The translations under genes and the position numbers were made by a program. A DNA stretch of 64,000 bases, taken from positions 352,001-416,000 of the forward strand of contig CAVYBH010000012.1 of the NCBI GenBank assembly GCA_963766715.1, given 5' to 3'. The notes beneath the pieces were generated by a model. That model was not told the DNA's origin and did not search any database. It saw nothing but the letters and a program-made list of their open reading frames with translations. This document shows, one piece after another, positions 1 to 11,839 of the stretch (its first letter is position 1; the number at the start of each line of letters is the position of its first letter). Origin of the DNA: an uncultured delta proteobacterium (GTDB taxonomy: Bacteria > Myxococcota > Myxococcia > Myxococcales > Anaeromyxobacteraceae).

Positions 1-164
1 TCCTGGACAGCGACCGGGGCACGGGCGCCATCACCCGCGTCCTCATCGACACGCACATGGGCGACCGGCGCTGGAGCACGGTCGGCGCCTCCACCAACAT
101 CATCGAGGCCAGCTGGCGGGCGCTCAGCGACTCCGTCGAGTACGGGCTCACCGTGGCGACGTAG
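1..164 (+). CDS. cimA: Citramalate synthase / LeuA-family, C-terminal regulatory domain (partial, starts before window)
   Basis: Frame 3 reads [49 protein letters not shown], matching the CimA C-terminal W.TVG.S.NIIEASW.AL.DS.EY pattern; directly upstream of leuB. Confidence 0.8.
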   Translation, partial: LDSDRGTGAITRVLIDTHMGDRRWSTVGASTNIIEASWRALSDSVEYGLTVAT

Positions 165-187
165 GCGCGCGAAGGCGAGGAGACGGC

Positions 188-1246
188 ATGAAGGCGAGGA
201 TCGTGGTGCTGCCCGGCGACGGGATCGGGCCCGAGGTGACGGCGGAGGCGCTGCGCGTGCTCGGCGAGGTGGCCAGGCGGGGAGGGCACGAGTTCCGCTT
301 CGACGAGCGCCTGATGGGCGGCTGCTCCATCGACGCCCACGGGACGGCGCTCACGCCCGAGGTGCTCCGCGACTGCCAGGGCGCCGACGCCGTGCTGCTG
401 GGCGCCGTCGGCGGGCCGAAGTGGGACGATCCGAAGGCCAAGGTGCGCCCGGAGCAGGGGTTGCTCGCCCTGCGCAAGGGGCTCGGGGTCTTCGCGAACC
501 TGAGGCCGGTGCGGGTGCACCCGGCGCTCGTCGACGCGTCGCCGCTCAAGGCCGACAGGCTGGCCGGCGTGGACATCCTGGTCATCCGCGAGCTGACGGG
601 CGGCCTCTACTTCGGCGAGCCCAAGGGGCGTCACGTGAAGGACGGCCACGAGCACGCCGTCGACACCCTCGACTACGCCGACTACGAGGTCCGGCGGGTC
701 ACCGAGCTCGCCTTCCGGCTGGCGAAGGGAAGGCGGCGAAAGGTCACGTCGGTGGACAAGGCCAACGTGCTGGAGTCGTCGCGCCTCTGGCGCCAGGTCG
801 CCACCGCGGTGGGGGGCGAGAATCCCGACGTGGCGCTCGACCACATGCTGGTCGACACCGCCGCCATGCGGCTCGTGCAGGCCCCGGCCAGCTTCGACGT
901 GCTCGTCACCGAGAACATGTTCGGGGACATCCTCACCGACGAGGCGGCCGTGCTGGCCGGGTCGATGGGGATGCTGCCGTCCGCGTCGCTGGGAGCCGGG
1001 GGCCCCGGGCTCTACGAGCCCATCCACGGCTCCGCGCCCGACATCGCGGGGAAGGGCATCGCCAATCCGCTGGGGACGATCCTCTCGGCGGCCATGATGC
1101 TCCGCCACTCGCTCGGGCTCGAGTCGGAGGCTGCCACGGTGGAGCGGGCCGCGGACGCGGCGATCACCGGCGGCGCCCGGACGGCCGACCTGGGGGGCAA
1201 GCTCACCACCCGGGCCATGGCCGACGAGGTCCTCCGCCGGCTCTAG
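188..1246 (+). CDS. leuB: 3-isopropylmalate dehydrogenase
   Basis: [50 protein letters not shown] motifs. Confidence 0.97.
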   Translation: MKARIVVLPGDGIGPEVTAEALRVLGEVARRGGHEFRFDERLMGGCSIDAHGTALTPEVLRDCQGADAVLLGAVGGPKWDDPKAKVRPEQGLLALRKGLGVFANLRPVRVHPALVDASPLKADRLAGVDILVIRELTGGLYFGEPKGRHVKDGHEHAVDTLDYADYEVRRVTELAFRLAKGRRRKVTSVDKANVLESSRLWRQVATAVGGENPDVALDHMLVDTAAMRLVQAPASFDVLVTENMFGDILTDEAAVLAGSMGMLPSASLGAGGPGLYEPIHGSAPDIAGKGIANPLGTILSAAMMLRHSLGLESEAATVERAADAAITGGARTADLGGKLTTRAMADEVLRRL

Positions 1247-1258
1247 GGCTCCGGGGGG

Positions 1259-1450
1259 TCAGTCCTCCGGGATGGGCTGCGGTCCGGGGACGATGCCGGC
1301 GATGTCCGGATCCTCGCCGGGAGCGAGCGGGCTGCTCGGCTGCTCGCCCTTCTCGCGCTTGCGCTGCTCCTTCTTCTCGTCCTTCTTGCGCTGCTTGTCG
1401 CGGCGGGCTGCTTCCTTCTGGCGCTTCGTGGATCCCGGGTTGAAGACCAT
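1259..1450 (-). CDS. Small basic hypothetical protein (63 aa) downstream of csp
   Basis: GGAGG RBS upstream; K/R/E-rich helix followed by EDPDIAGIVPGPQP tail. Confidence 0.7.
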   Translation of the reverse strand: MVFNPGSTKRQKEAARRDKQRKKDEKKEQRKREKGEQPSSPLAPGEDPDIAGIVPGPQPIPED

Positions 1451-1493
1451 GGGACCTCCTCGCTGTGTGGGCCACTCGGCCCGGGAAATGCGA

Positions 1494-1516
1494 AGGCCCG
1501 GCCGACGGCCGGGCCT
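1494..1516 (-). terminator. GC-rich hairpin after csp, possible terminator or RNA-stabilising stem
   Basis: AGGCCCGGCC-gac-GGCCGGGCCT inverted repeat; weak U-tract on the minus strand. Confidence 0.45.
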
Positions 1517-1540
1517 CCACCGAACGGCTCGGCTCGCTGC

Positions 1541-1744
1541 CTACAGCGGCCGGACGTTGGCGGCCTGAAGACCCTTCGGCCCCTTCTTGACCTCGAACTC
1601 CACCCGCTGCCCTTCCTTCAGGGTGCGGAACCCTTCCGTCTGGATGGCCGTGTGGTGGCAGAAGACATCCTCACCACCGCCGTCCTGCGTGATGAAGCCA
1701 AAGCCCTTCGCATCATTGAACCACTTCACGACTCCACTGGCCAT
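1541..1744 (-). CDS. csp: Cold-shock protein (CspA family)
   Basis: [34 protein letters not shown]. Confidence 0.97.
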   Translation of the reverse strand: MASGVVKWFNDAKGFGFITQDGGGEDVFCHHTAIQTEGFRTLKEGQRVEFEVKKGPKGLQAANVRPL

Positions 1745-1857
1745 CCAGCACTTCCTTCTCGTTCGCGCGGGAACCGTTCCCGCCGGGCCCGGGCCACCCG
1801 AGTAGCGCGGGTCGCCAAATTTTTTAGCGCGCCTGCAACGGTTTGTCGAGGGACCGC

Positions 1858-3927
1858 TCAGCCGACCCGGTCGAACCGGGCGAAGCGCATGGTGAACACG
1901 GCTCGCCCCTGGGTGGACGAGCGGAGCTCCGTGGCGTAGCCGAACATCCGCCGCAGGGGGGCCTCCCCCTCCACGACCTTGACCGCCTGTCCCCGGTCGG
2001 AGACGTCGAGGATCGCCCCCTGGCGCCGGTCGAGGCTCGCCAGGACCTCGCCCAGGTACTCCTCGGGGAGGACCACCTCGGTCTGCATGATGGGCTCCAG
2101 GATGACGGGCCCCGCCCGGGTCGCGCCGTCGCGGACCGCGTCGGCGACCGCCACCTTGTAGGCGAAGGGCTTGGAGGCTCCCTCCCGCCAGGTGGCCCCG
2201 AGGAGGGTGACCTCGACGTCCTGGAGCGGGTGGCCTTCCAGGACGCCCGTCTCGGCGGCCTCCCGGGCGCCGGCCTGGGCCATCTCGAGGACCTCGCCCC
2301 GGAGGAACGGAAGGGCCTGGGCCTCGGGGGCGACGGTGAAGCGGAAGCCGGCGCCGCGCGCCAGCGGGGCCACCCGGACGCGGGCCTGGCCGAAGATCTC
2401 GTCGTCCTCGAGGGAACGCTCGAACTGGGCCTGCCCCTCGGCCACCGCCGTGAGGGTCTCGCGGAGCAGCACCTGGGGCTCACCGGTCCGCACCTCGAGG
2501 TGGAACTCCCGCTTCAGCCGCTCGGCCACGATCTCGAGGTGGAGCTCGCCCATCCCGGAGACGAGAAGCTGGCCGGTGTCGGCGTTCTCGCCGAAGCGGA
2601 AGCTGGGGTCCTCGTCGGCGATGCGGGCCAGTGCCTCGAGGAGCAGCTCGCGGTCCCGGAGGCTCCTGGCCTCGACGGCGGCCGAGATCACCGGCTCGTA
2701 GGCGGAGATGCGCTCCAGCACGACGGCCTGCCCCGGAGTGGTCAGGGTATCTCCCGTCCTCGTGTCCTTGAGCCCCATGACCGCGAAGATCTGCCCGGCG
2801 CCCAGCGCCGGCATGCGCCGCTTCTGGGAGGCGTGCATGAGCAGCACCCGCGAGACCCGCTCCTTCTTGCGCTGGCTGGCGTTCCAGACCTCGTCCCCTT
2901 CCGCGATCCGCCCGGAGTAGACGCGGAGGAAGACGAAGCGGCGAAGCTCGTCGAGCAGCGAGACCTTGAAGGCGAGCGCGAGCAGGGGGCCGTCGTCGGC
3001 CGGGGGCGGCCCCTCGACCTCGCCGCCCTTCGCGTCGACGCCTCGTGGGGGCGGGACGTCGAGCGGAGAGGGGAGCCAGGCGCAGACCGCGTCGAGGACC
3101 TGGGGAACGCCCTTGTTGCGGAGCGCCGACCCGCAGAGGAGGGGCACGAACCTGCCGCCCAGCGTGGCCCGGCGGACCGCGGCCCCCAGCGCCTCGGGCG
3201 CGAGGTCCACGTCCGAGAGGAGCGCGTCGGCGGCTCCGTCGTCGACGTCCGCGAGGGTCTCCAGCAGGTCCCGCCGGGCCGCCTCGCCTTCCGGCGAGAG
3301 GCCGGGCGTCACCACGAAGGCGCGGGGATCGTCGCCGTCGGTGAAGGTCACGGTGTGCCGGCCCACCAGGTCCTCGAACCCGGAGAACTCCACGCCGGCC
3401 CCGAGCGGCCGATGGACGCCCGCGCACCGGTGGTCCGGGAAGTGGGCGCGCATGGAGCGCAGGGTCTCGGCGAAGTCGGCGCCGACCCGGTCCATCTTGT
3501 TGGCGAGCGCGATGCGGGGAACCCGGTAGCGGTCGGCCTGCCGCCAGACGGTCTCGCTCTGCGGCTCGACCCCGTTCACGGCGTCGAACACCACCACCGC
3601 GCCGTCGAGGACCCGCAGGCTCCGCTCCACCTCCACCGTGAAGTCGACGTGCCCCGGGGTGTCGATGAGGTGGATCTCGTGGCCGTCCCACTCGAAGCTG
3701 CTGACCGCGGAGGTGATGGTGATCCCGCGCTCCCGCTCCAGGTCCATCCAGTCCATCACGGCCAGCCCGTCGTGGACCTCCCCCATCTTGTGGGTCCGGC
3801 CGGCCGCGAAGAGGAACCGCTCCGACAGGGTGGTCTTGCCGGCGTCGATGTGGGCCATGATCCCGATGTTGCGGATGGCCCGGATCCGGCGTTGCGACGG
3901 TGGCTCCCGCGATCCCTCGCCCGACAT
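1858..3927 (-). CDS. fusA: Elongation factor G paralogue (EF-G-like GTPase)
   Basis: [48 protein letters not shown]; not in an rpsL-rpsG-tuf operon; start taken at ATG 3927. Confidence 0.9.
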   Translation of the reverse strand: MSGEGSREPPSQRRIRAIRNIGIMAHIDAGKTTLSERFLFAAGRTHKMGEVHDGLAVMDWMDLERERGITITSAVSSFEWDGHEIHLIDTPGHVDFTVEVERSLRVLDGAVVVFDAVNGVEPQSETVWRQADRYRVPRIALANKMDRVGADFAETLRSMRAHFPDHRCAGVHRPLGAGVEFSGFEDLVGRHTVTFTDGDDPRAFVVTPGLSPEGEAARRDLLETLADVDDGAADALLSDVDLAPEALGAAVRRATLGGRFVPLLCGSALRNKGVPQVLDAVCAWLPSPLDVPPPRGVDAKGGEVEGPPPADDGPLLALAFKVSLLDELRRFVFLRVYSGRIAEGDEVWNASQRKKERVSRVLLMHASQKRRMPALGAGQIFAVMGLKDTRTGDTLTTPGQAVVLERISAYEPVISAAVEARSLRDRELLLEALARIADEDPSFRFGENADTGQLLVSGMGELHLEIVAERLKREFHLEVRTGEPQVLLRETLTAVAEGQAQFERSLEDDEIFGQARVRVAPLARGAGFRFTVAPEAQALPFLRGEVLEMAQAGAREAAETGVLEGHPLQDVEVTLLGATWREGASKPFAYKVAVADAVRDGATRAGPVILEPIMQTEVVLPEEYLGEVLASLDRRQGAILDVSDRGQAVKVVEGEAPLRRMFGYATELRSSTQGRAVFTMRFARFDRVG

Positions 3928-4009
3928 GGCGCACGAGTATACCCATCCAGGCAGAGCCAGGGGCCGCGTTCCCGCGACAGAATGAGGGGCCCACTCCCGA
4001 GGTGAAACG

Positions 4010-6170
4010 ATGGCCCAGTCCCCGACGACGTCTCCCCACCGCTGGCGCTTCCACCGGCTCGGCGGCCTCGACCAGGTCCAGCTCGACCGGGCGGAGGATC
4101 TGCGGAACCTCGATCGGCTGGACCAGAAGCTCTGGGTGGCGCTCGCCTGCCCCACGAAGGGGCTCGAGATCGACCCGGCCACGCTCGCGCTGCTCGACGC
4201 GGACCACGACGGGCGCGTGCGGGCCCCCGAGGTCATCGCCGCGGTGAAGTTCGCGGACCTCCGGCTCAAGGACCTCGCCGACGTGGTGAAGCGGAAGCAG
4301 ACCCTCCCGCTCTCCGACATCCGCGAGGACACCGCGGAGGGACGGGCGCTCCTGGGAGCGGCCCGCCAGAATCCTGACGGCGGGGGGAAAGCCCGACGCG
4401 AGCGAGGTCACCTTCGACGACGTGGCCGACCTGTCCCAGGTCTTCGCGAAGAGCCTGTTCAACGGGGACGGCGTGGTGATCCCCGAGTCGGCGCCGGAGG
4501 GCGACGTCCGGCAGGTGATCGTCGACGCCATGGCCTGCGAGGGAGAGGTCGTCGATCGGAGCGGCAAGCCCGGTCTCGATCGCGCCCGGCTCGAGACCTT
4601 CTACTCGGACCTCGGCGAGTTCGACGCCTGGTGGAAGGAGGGGCGAGGTCCACAGGTCCAGGTCCTGGGCGACGCCACCGGTGCGGCCTGGGAGGCCGTG
4701 AAGGCCGTCCGCGCCAAGGCGGACGACTACTTCACGCGGACCGGTCTCGCCGCGCTCGACGACCGCATGCCCCCGCTGCTGGCGCGGCCCGAGGCGGAGA
4801 TCGCCGCCATGGCCGGCAAGGACCTGGCGCCGGGCAGCGCCGAGGTCTCCTCGCTGCCCATGGCCCGGATCGGGGCCGGACGGCCCTTGCCCCTCGCCGA
4901 CGGGCTCAACCCGGCCTGGGCGGGCGCCGTGGCCACCCTGCAGAAGGATGCCGTCACGCCGCTCCTCGGCGCCGGGCGCACGAGCCTCACCGCAGCCGAC
5001 TGGGAGTCGCTGAAGGCGAAGCTCGTGCCCTACGAGGCCTGGATGGCGGCGCGGAAGGGCGAGCGGGTCGCGCCGCTCGGCGCGGCGCGCGTGCTCGCGC
5101 TCCTCTCCGGAACCGGCAAGGCCGACGTCGAGGCGCTCATCGCCCGGGACGAGGCGCGCAAGGACGAGGCCGAGGAGGTCGTCGGCGTCGCCCGGATGGT
5201 CCGGTACCGGCGAGACCTGCTCCTCCTGCTGAGGAACTTCGTCAACTTCGCCGACTTCTACGACCCGCGGACGCCGGCCGTCTTCCAGGCCGGCACCCTC
5301 TACCTGGACGGGCGAGCCTGCCACCTCTGCGTGAAGGTCGACGACCCGGCCGCCCACGCCGCCATCGCCACGCCGAGCCGCATGTTCATCGCCTATTGCG
5401 ACTGCCGGAGGCCCGGCGGAGAGGCCATGAAGATCGCCGTGTGCATCACCCAGGGAGACGCCGACTTCCTGTCGGTGGGGCGCAACGGGCTCTTCTACGA
5501 CCGGAGCGGCAAGGACTGGGACGCGACGGTGAGCAAGATCGTCGACAATCCGATCAGCCTTCGCCAGGCCTTCTGGTCGCCCTACAAGCGGCTGGCCAAG
5601 TTCGTCGGTGACCAGGCCGCCAAGATGGCCGCGGCCAAGGACAAGGAGGCCGAGACCAAGCTCGCCTCCGCCGCCGAGAAGACGGCCGGCGCGGCCACCG
5701 GCGCGAAGCCGGCCAGGCCCGAGCCGGTCGACGTGGGCAAGATGGTCGGGATCATCGCCGCCCTGGGCGTCGGCGTCGGGGCCATCGGGACCATCTTCGG
5801 CGCGGCGGTCTCCGGGTTCATCGGCCTGCAGCCCTGGTGGGCGAAGGTCCTCGCGCTCGTGGGCATGGTGCTCGTCATCTCCGGACCCGCGGTGCTGCTC
5901 GCCTGGCTGAAGCTGCGGCAGCGGACCGTCGGGCCGGTCCTCGACGGCAACGGGTGGGCGGTGAACGGGCGGGTCGCGGTGAACATGCCGCTGGGGAGCG
6001 TCCTCACCGACCGGGCCACGCTCCCGGCCGGTGCTTCCCGCTCGCTCCAGGATCCCTACGTCGACGCCGGAGCCCGGCGCCGTCGCATGCTCCTCTGGCT
6101 GCTCGCCGTGGTGGCCATCGCCGCCCTCGGCTTCGCGCGATACCAGCACCTCTGGCCCTTCCGGAAGTAG
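4010..6170 (+). CDS. Conserved hypothetical membrane-anchored protein, ~720 aa (frameshift near 4371)
   Basis: ORFs 4010 and 4422 join through one extra base; EF-hand-like DADHDGRVRAPE; C-terminal hydrophobic helices. Confidence 0.75.
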
Positions 6171-6185
6171 GGGCCGGAGGCCCCG

Positions 6186-6680
6186 TCACTGGGGGAGGAC
6201 GCGCTCCTTCACGACCGAGCCGGTGGCCGGGTCGGTTCCCTCGATGTCCGCCCAGGCCACGCTGGGGATCAGGCCGCCCCCGCTCTCGGCCTGGACGAAG
6301 ATCCGCCGGAGCAGCGCCGGCCGGCCGGCGATGGTCACCAGGGCCGCGGGGCAACCTCCGCGCATGGTCAGCCGGACCGGACGGTCCTTCTTCGCCTTGA
6401 GCACGACCGTGAATCCCTCGCCGGACTCGGCGGGGTCGACGCTGAAGCCGTAGGCCATGAGCTTCTCGATGAAGTTGAGCCCTTCCCGGTGGCCGTCCTC
6501 GGCGAGCATGTGCCACTCGGCCTCGATCGGGTCGTCCGGATCGAGCGCGCCGTCGGGGACGGTCCGCGCCGCGTAGACCACCTCGTTGGCGTTGGTGCTC
6601 CGGCCGATCCGGAAGAGCTCCGGGGCGCAGGCGCTGGGCGCCGCGGAGAGGACCATCGCCAGGTAGAGAGAACCGACCAT
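6186..6680 (-). CDS. DUF4833-like exported protein
   Basis: AAGGAG RBS, signal-like N-terminus, LFRIGRSTNANEVVY and LNFIEKLMAYG motifs. Confidence 0.7.
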   Translation of the reverse strand: MVGSLYLAMVLSAAPSACAPELFRIGRSTNANEVVYAARTVPDGALDPDDPIEAEWHMLAEDGHREGLNFIEKLMAYGFSVDPAESGEGFTVVLKAKKDRPVRLTMRGGCPAALVTIAGRPALLRRIFVQAESGGGLIPSVAWADIEGTDPATGSVVKERVLPQ

Positions 6681-6718
6681 CGACTCCTTCCAGTCCGGCG
6701 CAGGCCGGCCCCTCCGTG

Positions 6719-7525
6719 CTAGCCGACGCGGGGGATCGGCGCAATGGCCGGGTGGGGCATCGGGCTGCCTCGTCCCCGGCCCACCGAGAAGGAGCGCCGC
6801 AGCGCCTCGGTCAGGTAGGACTTGGCTCCGCGGACGGCCTCCGCCACGCCGTCTCCCAGGGCGAGCCGGGAGGCGATCGCTGCGGACAGGGTGCAGCCCG
6901 TCCCGTGCGTGTTCTCCGTGTCCACGCGGGGGGCCGAGAGATCCAGGACGCTCTCGCCGTCGAAGAGCACGTCGAGCGCATCCCGGGACCCCGCGATCCC
7001 GCCCCCCTTCACGACCACGGCCCCGGGCCCCAGCGCGTGGAGATCCCGGGCGGCGCGGCGCATCCCGTCCAGGTCCCGCACCGGGTATCCCAGCAGGGCC
7101 TCCGCCTCCCGGACGTTGGGCGTGAGGACCGTGGCCAGCGGGAAGAGGAGCTCCACGTAGGCCCGCTCGGCCGAGGGGTCGAGCAGGCGGTCTCCGCTGC
7201 GCGCCACCATGACCGGGTCGACGACCAGCGGTCCGATGGCGTGCCGCCGAACGGCGTCCGCCACGGCCGAGATGATCGCGACCGTGGCGAGCATCCCGGT
7301 CTTGGCGGCCGCCACCGTCATGTCGGACGCCACCGCGTCGATCTGGGCCGTGACGAGGGACGGGTCGACCGCCGACCAGGCGACGACGCCGCGCGTGTTC
7401 TGCGCGGTGATGGCCGTGATGGCGGACGTCCCGTGCAGCCCGTGGGCGGCGAAGGTGTGGAGGTCGGCCTGGACGCCGGCGCCGCCGCCGGAGTCGGACC
7501 CCGCGATGGTGAGAACGACCTTCAT
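6719..7525 (-). CDS. thiD: Hydroxymethylpyrimidine/phosphomethylpyrimidine kinase
   Basis: [44 protein letters not shown]. Confidence 0.95.
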   Translation of the reverse strand: MKVVLTIAGSDSGGGAGVQADLHTFAAHGLHGTSAITAITAQNTRGVVAWSAVDPSLVTAQIDAVASDMTVAAAKTGMLATVAIISAVADAVRRHAIGPLVVDPVMVARSGDRLLDPSAERAYVELLFPLATVLTPNVREAEALLGYPVRDLDGMRRAARDLHALGPGAVVVKGGGIAGSRDALDVLFDGESVLDLSAPRVDTENTHGTGCTLSAAIASRLALGDGVAEAVRGAKSYLTEALRRSFSVGRGRGSPMPHPAIAPIPRVG

Positions 7526-7790
7526 CAGGCGGAGGTACGGCGTTTCCGGCTGGCGCGCAAGGGCCCCGGCGCCGGGTCGTCATGCCCTCAGCCCGGGTGG
7601 CGCGAGCCCCGGTGTGGGTCTGGCCCCGGGCGCCCATGCAGGGGAACGCGTCGTGGTCCTCAGGCCAAGCATGGGGAAACAGGACGGAAAGGACGTCCAC
7701 CCCTTGTCGTGGACCGCGGCCACCCGAGGCGCCGAATGGCACGTTCGGTGCTGATGAAGAAGTCAGTGCCATCCCTGGCTCAAGTCGACC

Positions 7791-9852
7791 GTGCGCGACG
7801 GGCGCGCAACACCCGGGCAGTCGCCCTCGTGGCCGTGGTGGGCTCGCTCGCCGCGGCGCCGGTCGGGCTTGGCCCTGGGGCTCCCTCCGCTGGTCGCGGC
7901 GAGCTTCGTCGCGCTGGCCCTCGTGGCGGCGGGCGTGGCCTGGCTGGCGCCGAGCATGGCGAGCGATTGGCTGCCCTGGATCCTCCTCGCCGCCACCCTC
8001 GCCACGGCGCTCTTCGTGGCGTTCCCCGACCGGCAGTTGCGGGCGGCGCAGCTCACGCTCCTGGCCGGGATCGCGGTGGCCGGGGTCCTCCTCCCGGCGG
8101 TCCAGGTGCTGGTCTTCGCCGCCCTCGCCATCGCCGTCGAGGCGGCACTCCTCCTCGCGGCGGGGGGAACCGTCAGCGGGTCCCCGAGCTCGATCGCCCT
8201 GACGGTCGCCGGGCTCGGACTCTCCGTCGCCGTCGCGATCGCCGCGGCCCTCGGCGCCAGGGGTACGCGACTGGCGCTCGGCGACCAGCTGGGCAGCGAC
8301 GTGCGGGCGCGGGAGGCGGAGGTCCGGAGCGAGGAGAACGCGGCCGCCTTTCGCCTGCTCGCCACCTGCTCCTCCGACCTGGTCTTCCTCGTCGGCCTGG
8401 ACGGACGGGTGCTCTACGCGAGCCCGTCGGTCGAGCGGCTCTTCGGGGCCAGCCTCCCCGCCATCCAGGGCAGGTCGTTCACCGACCGGATCCTGGAGGC
8501 CGACCGGGCGCTCGCGCTGCAGATGGCGGAGCGGGCGATGGGCGGGGGAGCCGCGCGAGGGACGCTGCGCCTCGTGCTCCTGGACGGCAAGGTGCGGGCC
8601 TACGACGCCGCCTTCGACGCGTCCACGTCGGGCGACGTCCGGGTCGTGGCCATCGCCGCGCGGGACGTCACCGAGCAGCTGCGCCTCGCCGAGCAGCTGC
8701 AGCAGTCGCAGAAGCTGGAGGCGGTGGGGCGGCTGGCGAGGGGTGTGGCCCACGACTTCGCGAACCTCCTCACGGTGGTCCAGTCCGGCACGACGCTGGC
8801 TCGCGAGTCGCTTCCTCCCGGTCACGCCGCGCACGCGGACCTGGCCGACGTGTCCGCGGCCGCCGATCGCGGGGTCGCGCTGGCGCGGCAGCTTCTCGCC
8901 TTCACCCGACCGGAGGGCCAGGGCCCCCAGCGGGCGGAGGTCGGGTTGGTCCTGGGACAGCTGGCTCGATTCATCCCCCGGCTCATGGGCGCCGGCATCC
9001 GGGTTCGCATCTCCGAGGAGGTGAAGGTCGGGGAGGTGCCCGTCTCCGCCACCCAGCTCGAGCAGATCATCCTGAACCTCGCCATCAACGCGCGCGACGC
9101 CATGCCCAGGGGCGGCTGGATCCGGATCGAGGCGAGGCGCCGCGAGCTGCGCGAGGGAGAGGCACGCGCGCTCGCCCCCGGCCCGCACGTGGAGATCGTG
9201 GTCCGCGACGAGGGCTGCGGGATGAGCGAGGAGGTGCGGAGCCACCTCTTCGAGCCCTACTTCACCACCAAGGGACCCGGGCGCGGCTCCGGGCTCGGGC
9301 TCGCTACCTGTCTCGGCATCGTGGAGCGGGGCGGGGGCACGATCGAGGTGGAGTCGGAAGCCGGCAAGGGAAGCACCTTCCGCGTGCTGCTGCCGGTCGC
9401 CTCGTCTCTCGAGGTGGCCGCCCCGGCTCCGGCCACGGCGCTCTCCGCGGCGCGGCGCTCCCGGATCCTGATCGTGGACCACGACCCGGCGCTCGTGGCC
9501 CTCCTCTCCCGACTCCTGGCGGCGCCGCCAGCACGAGGTCTCCACCGCCGCATCGGCCATGGAGGCGCGCCAGCAGGCCGCCTCGTTCCCGGGCGCGGTC
9601 GACGTGGTGGTCACGGGACTCGACCTGGGAGAGGACCACGGCGTGGCCATCATGGGCGAGGTCCGGAGGACGAGCCCCCAGGCGCGCGCGGTGCTCGTGA
9701 CCGGCGAGGTGCGGGACCCGGCCGACGTCGAGCACCTCCTCGAGGCCGGCGTGGAACTGGTCCGGAAGCCGGTCACCGCGGAGGCCCTCGCCGAGGTGGT
9801 GGAGCGGGTGGCGAGCCGGGCGCCGGTCCCGCACGCGCAGGCACTGGCCTAG
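7791..9852 (+). CDS. Membrane PAS hybrid sensor histidine kinase with receiver domain (frameshift near 9530; start uncertain)
   Basis: N-terminal TM helices, PAS, GVAHDFANLL H-box, NARDA, EPYFTTK, GSGLGL; receiver completed in the 9559..9852 frame. Confidence 0.85.
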
Positions 9853-10900
9853 AGCGGGGCGGGCTCCTGCTGCGTCATGCAGTGGAGCGTCCCGAGCCCC
9901 CAGACCAGGTCGAGCGCGTGGATCGCCCACGACGGGCCGGTCGGCGGAAGAGCTCGCCCAGGATCCCCAGCGCGTACCGGTCGGCCCGGTCGTTGAACGT
10001 CGGCACCAGGACCGCCGCGTTTCCCACGTAGAAGTTGGCGTAGCTGGCCGGGAGCCGCTGCCCGTCGAAGACGACCGGGCTCGGCATGGGCAGGTCGATC
10101 ACCTCGGGGCGCGACCCGTCGGCCAGGCGCGCCGAGGCGAGCCGCTCGCGGTTCTCGGAGAGCGCGGCGTGGTTCGGATCCCGCGGGTCGTCCTCCCGGG
10201 CGAGGACGATGGTCGTCGGCGACACGAACCGGGCCAGGTCGTCCACGTGGCCGTGGGTGTCGTCCCCGGCGATGCCCTTGCCGAGCCAGATGGTGTTGGG
10301 CGCGCCCAGCACCTCCGCGAAGGTCGCCTCGTAGTCCGCCCGGCCGAATCCCGGGTTCCGGACCTGCACGGCGGGGTCGAGGAGGCACTCCTCGGTGGCC
10401 AGGATGGAGCCGGCGCCGTTCACGTCGATGGCGCCGCCCTCGAGGACCACGTCGCGCCCCGCCCGCCGCACCGGCAGGAGCGGAACGCCCAGCGCCTTCG
10501 CGGCCCGTCCCGGGATGCGGGCGTCCCGCTTCCAGTCCGGATACTTGCTCCACGCGTCGAAGCGGAAGCCGGCCACCGCGCGTCCGCGCCGGCCCCCGGA
10601 CTTCCGGAGCACGATGGGGCCGCTGTCCCGGGTCCAGATCCGGTCGGTGGGGATGCGACGGAAGTCGACGCGGGCCAGGTCGGCGCCGTGCCGCTCCAGG
10701 ATGCGCCGCGCCCGGGCCTCGTGCGCGGCGTCGTTCACCAGCACCCGGACAATCTCGCCCTCGGCCAGCTTCTTCGCGATGTCGGCGTGGACCCAGGGGA
10801 TCGGGCCGAAGCGCCCGGGCCAGTCGCGCGCGTTGTGGGGCCAGGCGATCCACGTCGCCTCGTGCGGCTCCCACTCGGCGGGCATCGCGTATCCGGACAT
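9849..10900 (-). CDS. aguA: Agmatine deiminase (frameshift near 9935)
   Basis: MPAEWEPH, WTRDSGP, LEGGAIDVNG, DDTHGHVDD, ASYANFY; catalytic GTLHCMTQQEP lies in the adjacent frame. Confidence 0.9.
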
Positions 10901-10907
10901 GGCCACC

Positions 10908-11795
10908 TCAGTCGATGAAGCGCTTCTCGATGCCCTGGTAGGCGTCGATGCGCCGGTCGCGCAGGAACGGCCAGTTGCGCCGGACCTCCTCGATCCGCGC
11001 CAGGTCGACCTCGCCGACCAGGATCTCCTCCTGGTCGGTCGAGCCCTCGAGGAGCACCTGCCCGAAGGGATCGCACAGGAAGCTCGAGCCCCAGAACTCG
11101 AGGCCGGCCTGGCCGGCGGCGCCGGGCTCGAAGCCGACCCGGTTCACCGATCCCACGTAGACGCCGTTCGCGATGGCGTGGGCGCGCTGGACGGTTCGCC
11201 AGGCGTCCCGCTGGGCGGCGCCGAAGCGGGCCTTCTCGGCCGGGTGCCACCCGATGGCGGTCGGGTAGAAGAGGATCGCGGCGCCCTGGAGCGCGGTGAG
11301 CCTGGCGGCCTCCGGGTACCACTGGTCCCAGCAGATGAGGGCGCCCACCCGGCCGGGGGCGAGGTCGAAGGCCCGGAAGCCCAGGTCACCGGGAGTGAAG
11401 TAGAACTTCTCGTAGAAGGCCGGGTCGTCGGGGATGTGCATCTTGCGGTAGGTGCCCCGCAGGGTCCCGTCGGCGTCCACGAGCAGCGCGCTGTTGTGGT
11501 AGAGCCCCGGCGCGCGGCGCTCGAAGATGGGCACGACGACGGCCACGCCCGCCTTCCGCGCCACCTCCTGGAAGCGCCGGCTGCTCGGGCCGGGCACGTC
11601 CTCGGCGAGATCGAAGAAGGCGTGGTCCTCCCGCTGGCAGAAGTACGGGGAGCGGTAGAGCTCCGGGAGGCAGACCACCTCGGCGCCCCGGCGGGCCGCC
11701 TCCTCGACGCGGGCGGCGGCCTTCTCCTCGTTCTCGATCGGGTCGGCGGACATCGCCATCTGCACGAGCCCGACCCGGAAGGTTGGCTTCGACAT
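10908..11795 (-). CDS. aguB: N-carbamoylputrescine amidase (nitrilase family)
   Basis: LPELY, YRKMHIPDDP.FYEKFYFTPGD, ICWDQWYPE, WPFLRDRR; adjacent to aguA. Confidence 0.9.
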   Translation of the reverse strand: MSKPTFRVGLVQMAMSADPIENEEKAAARVEEAARRGAEVVCLPELYRSPYFCQREDHAFFDLAEDVPGPSSRRFQEVARKAGVAVVVPIFERRAPGLYHNSALLVDADGTLRGTYRKMHIPDDPAFYEKFYFTPGDLGFRAFDLAPGRVGALICWDQWYPEAARLTALQGAAILFYPTAIGWHPAEKARFGAAQRDAWRTVQRAHAIANGVYVGSVNRVGFEPGAAGQAGLEFWGSSFLCDPFGQVLLEGSTDQEEILVGEVDLARIEEVRRNWPFLRDRRIDAYQGIEKRFID

Positions 11796-11839
11796 GGTGC
11801 GAGAAGATACGCGTCCCGCGTCCCGGGCGCACCCGGAAC

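Noticed and set aside
7526..7760. TPP riboswitch upstream of thiD
   Set aside because: A GCTGAG occurs on the minus strand, but the CCTGAT..GGTAATGCC.GCG.AGGGA core is missing
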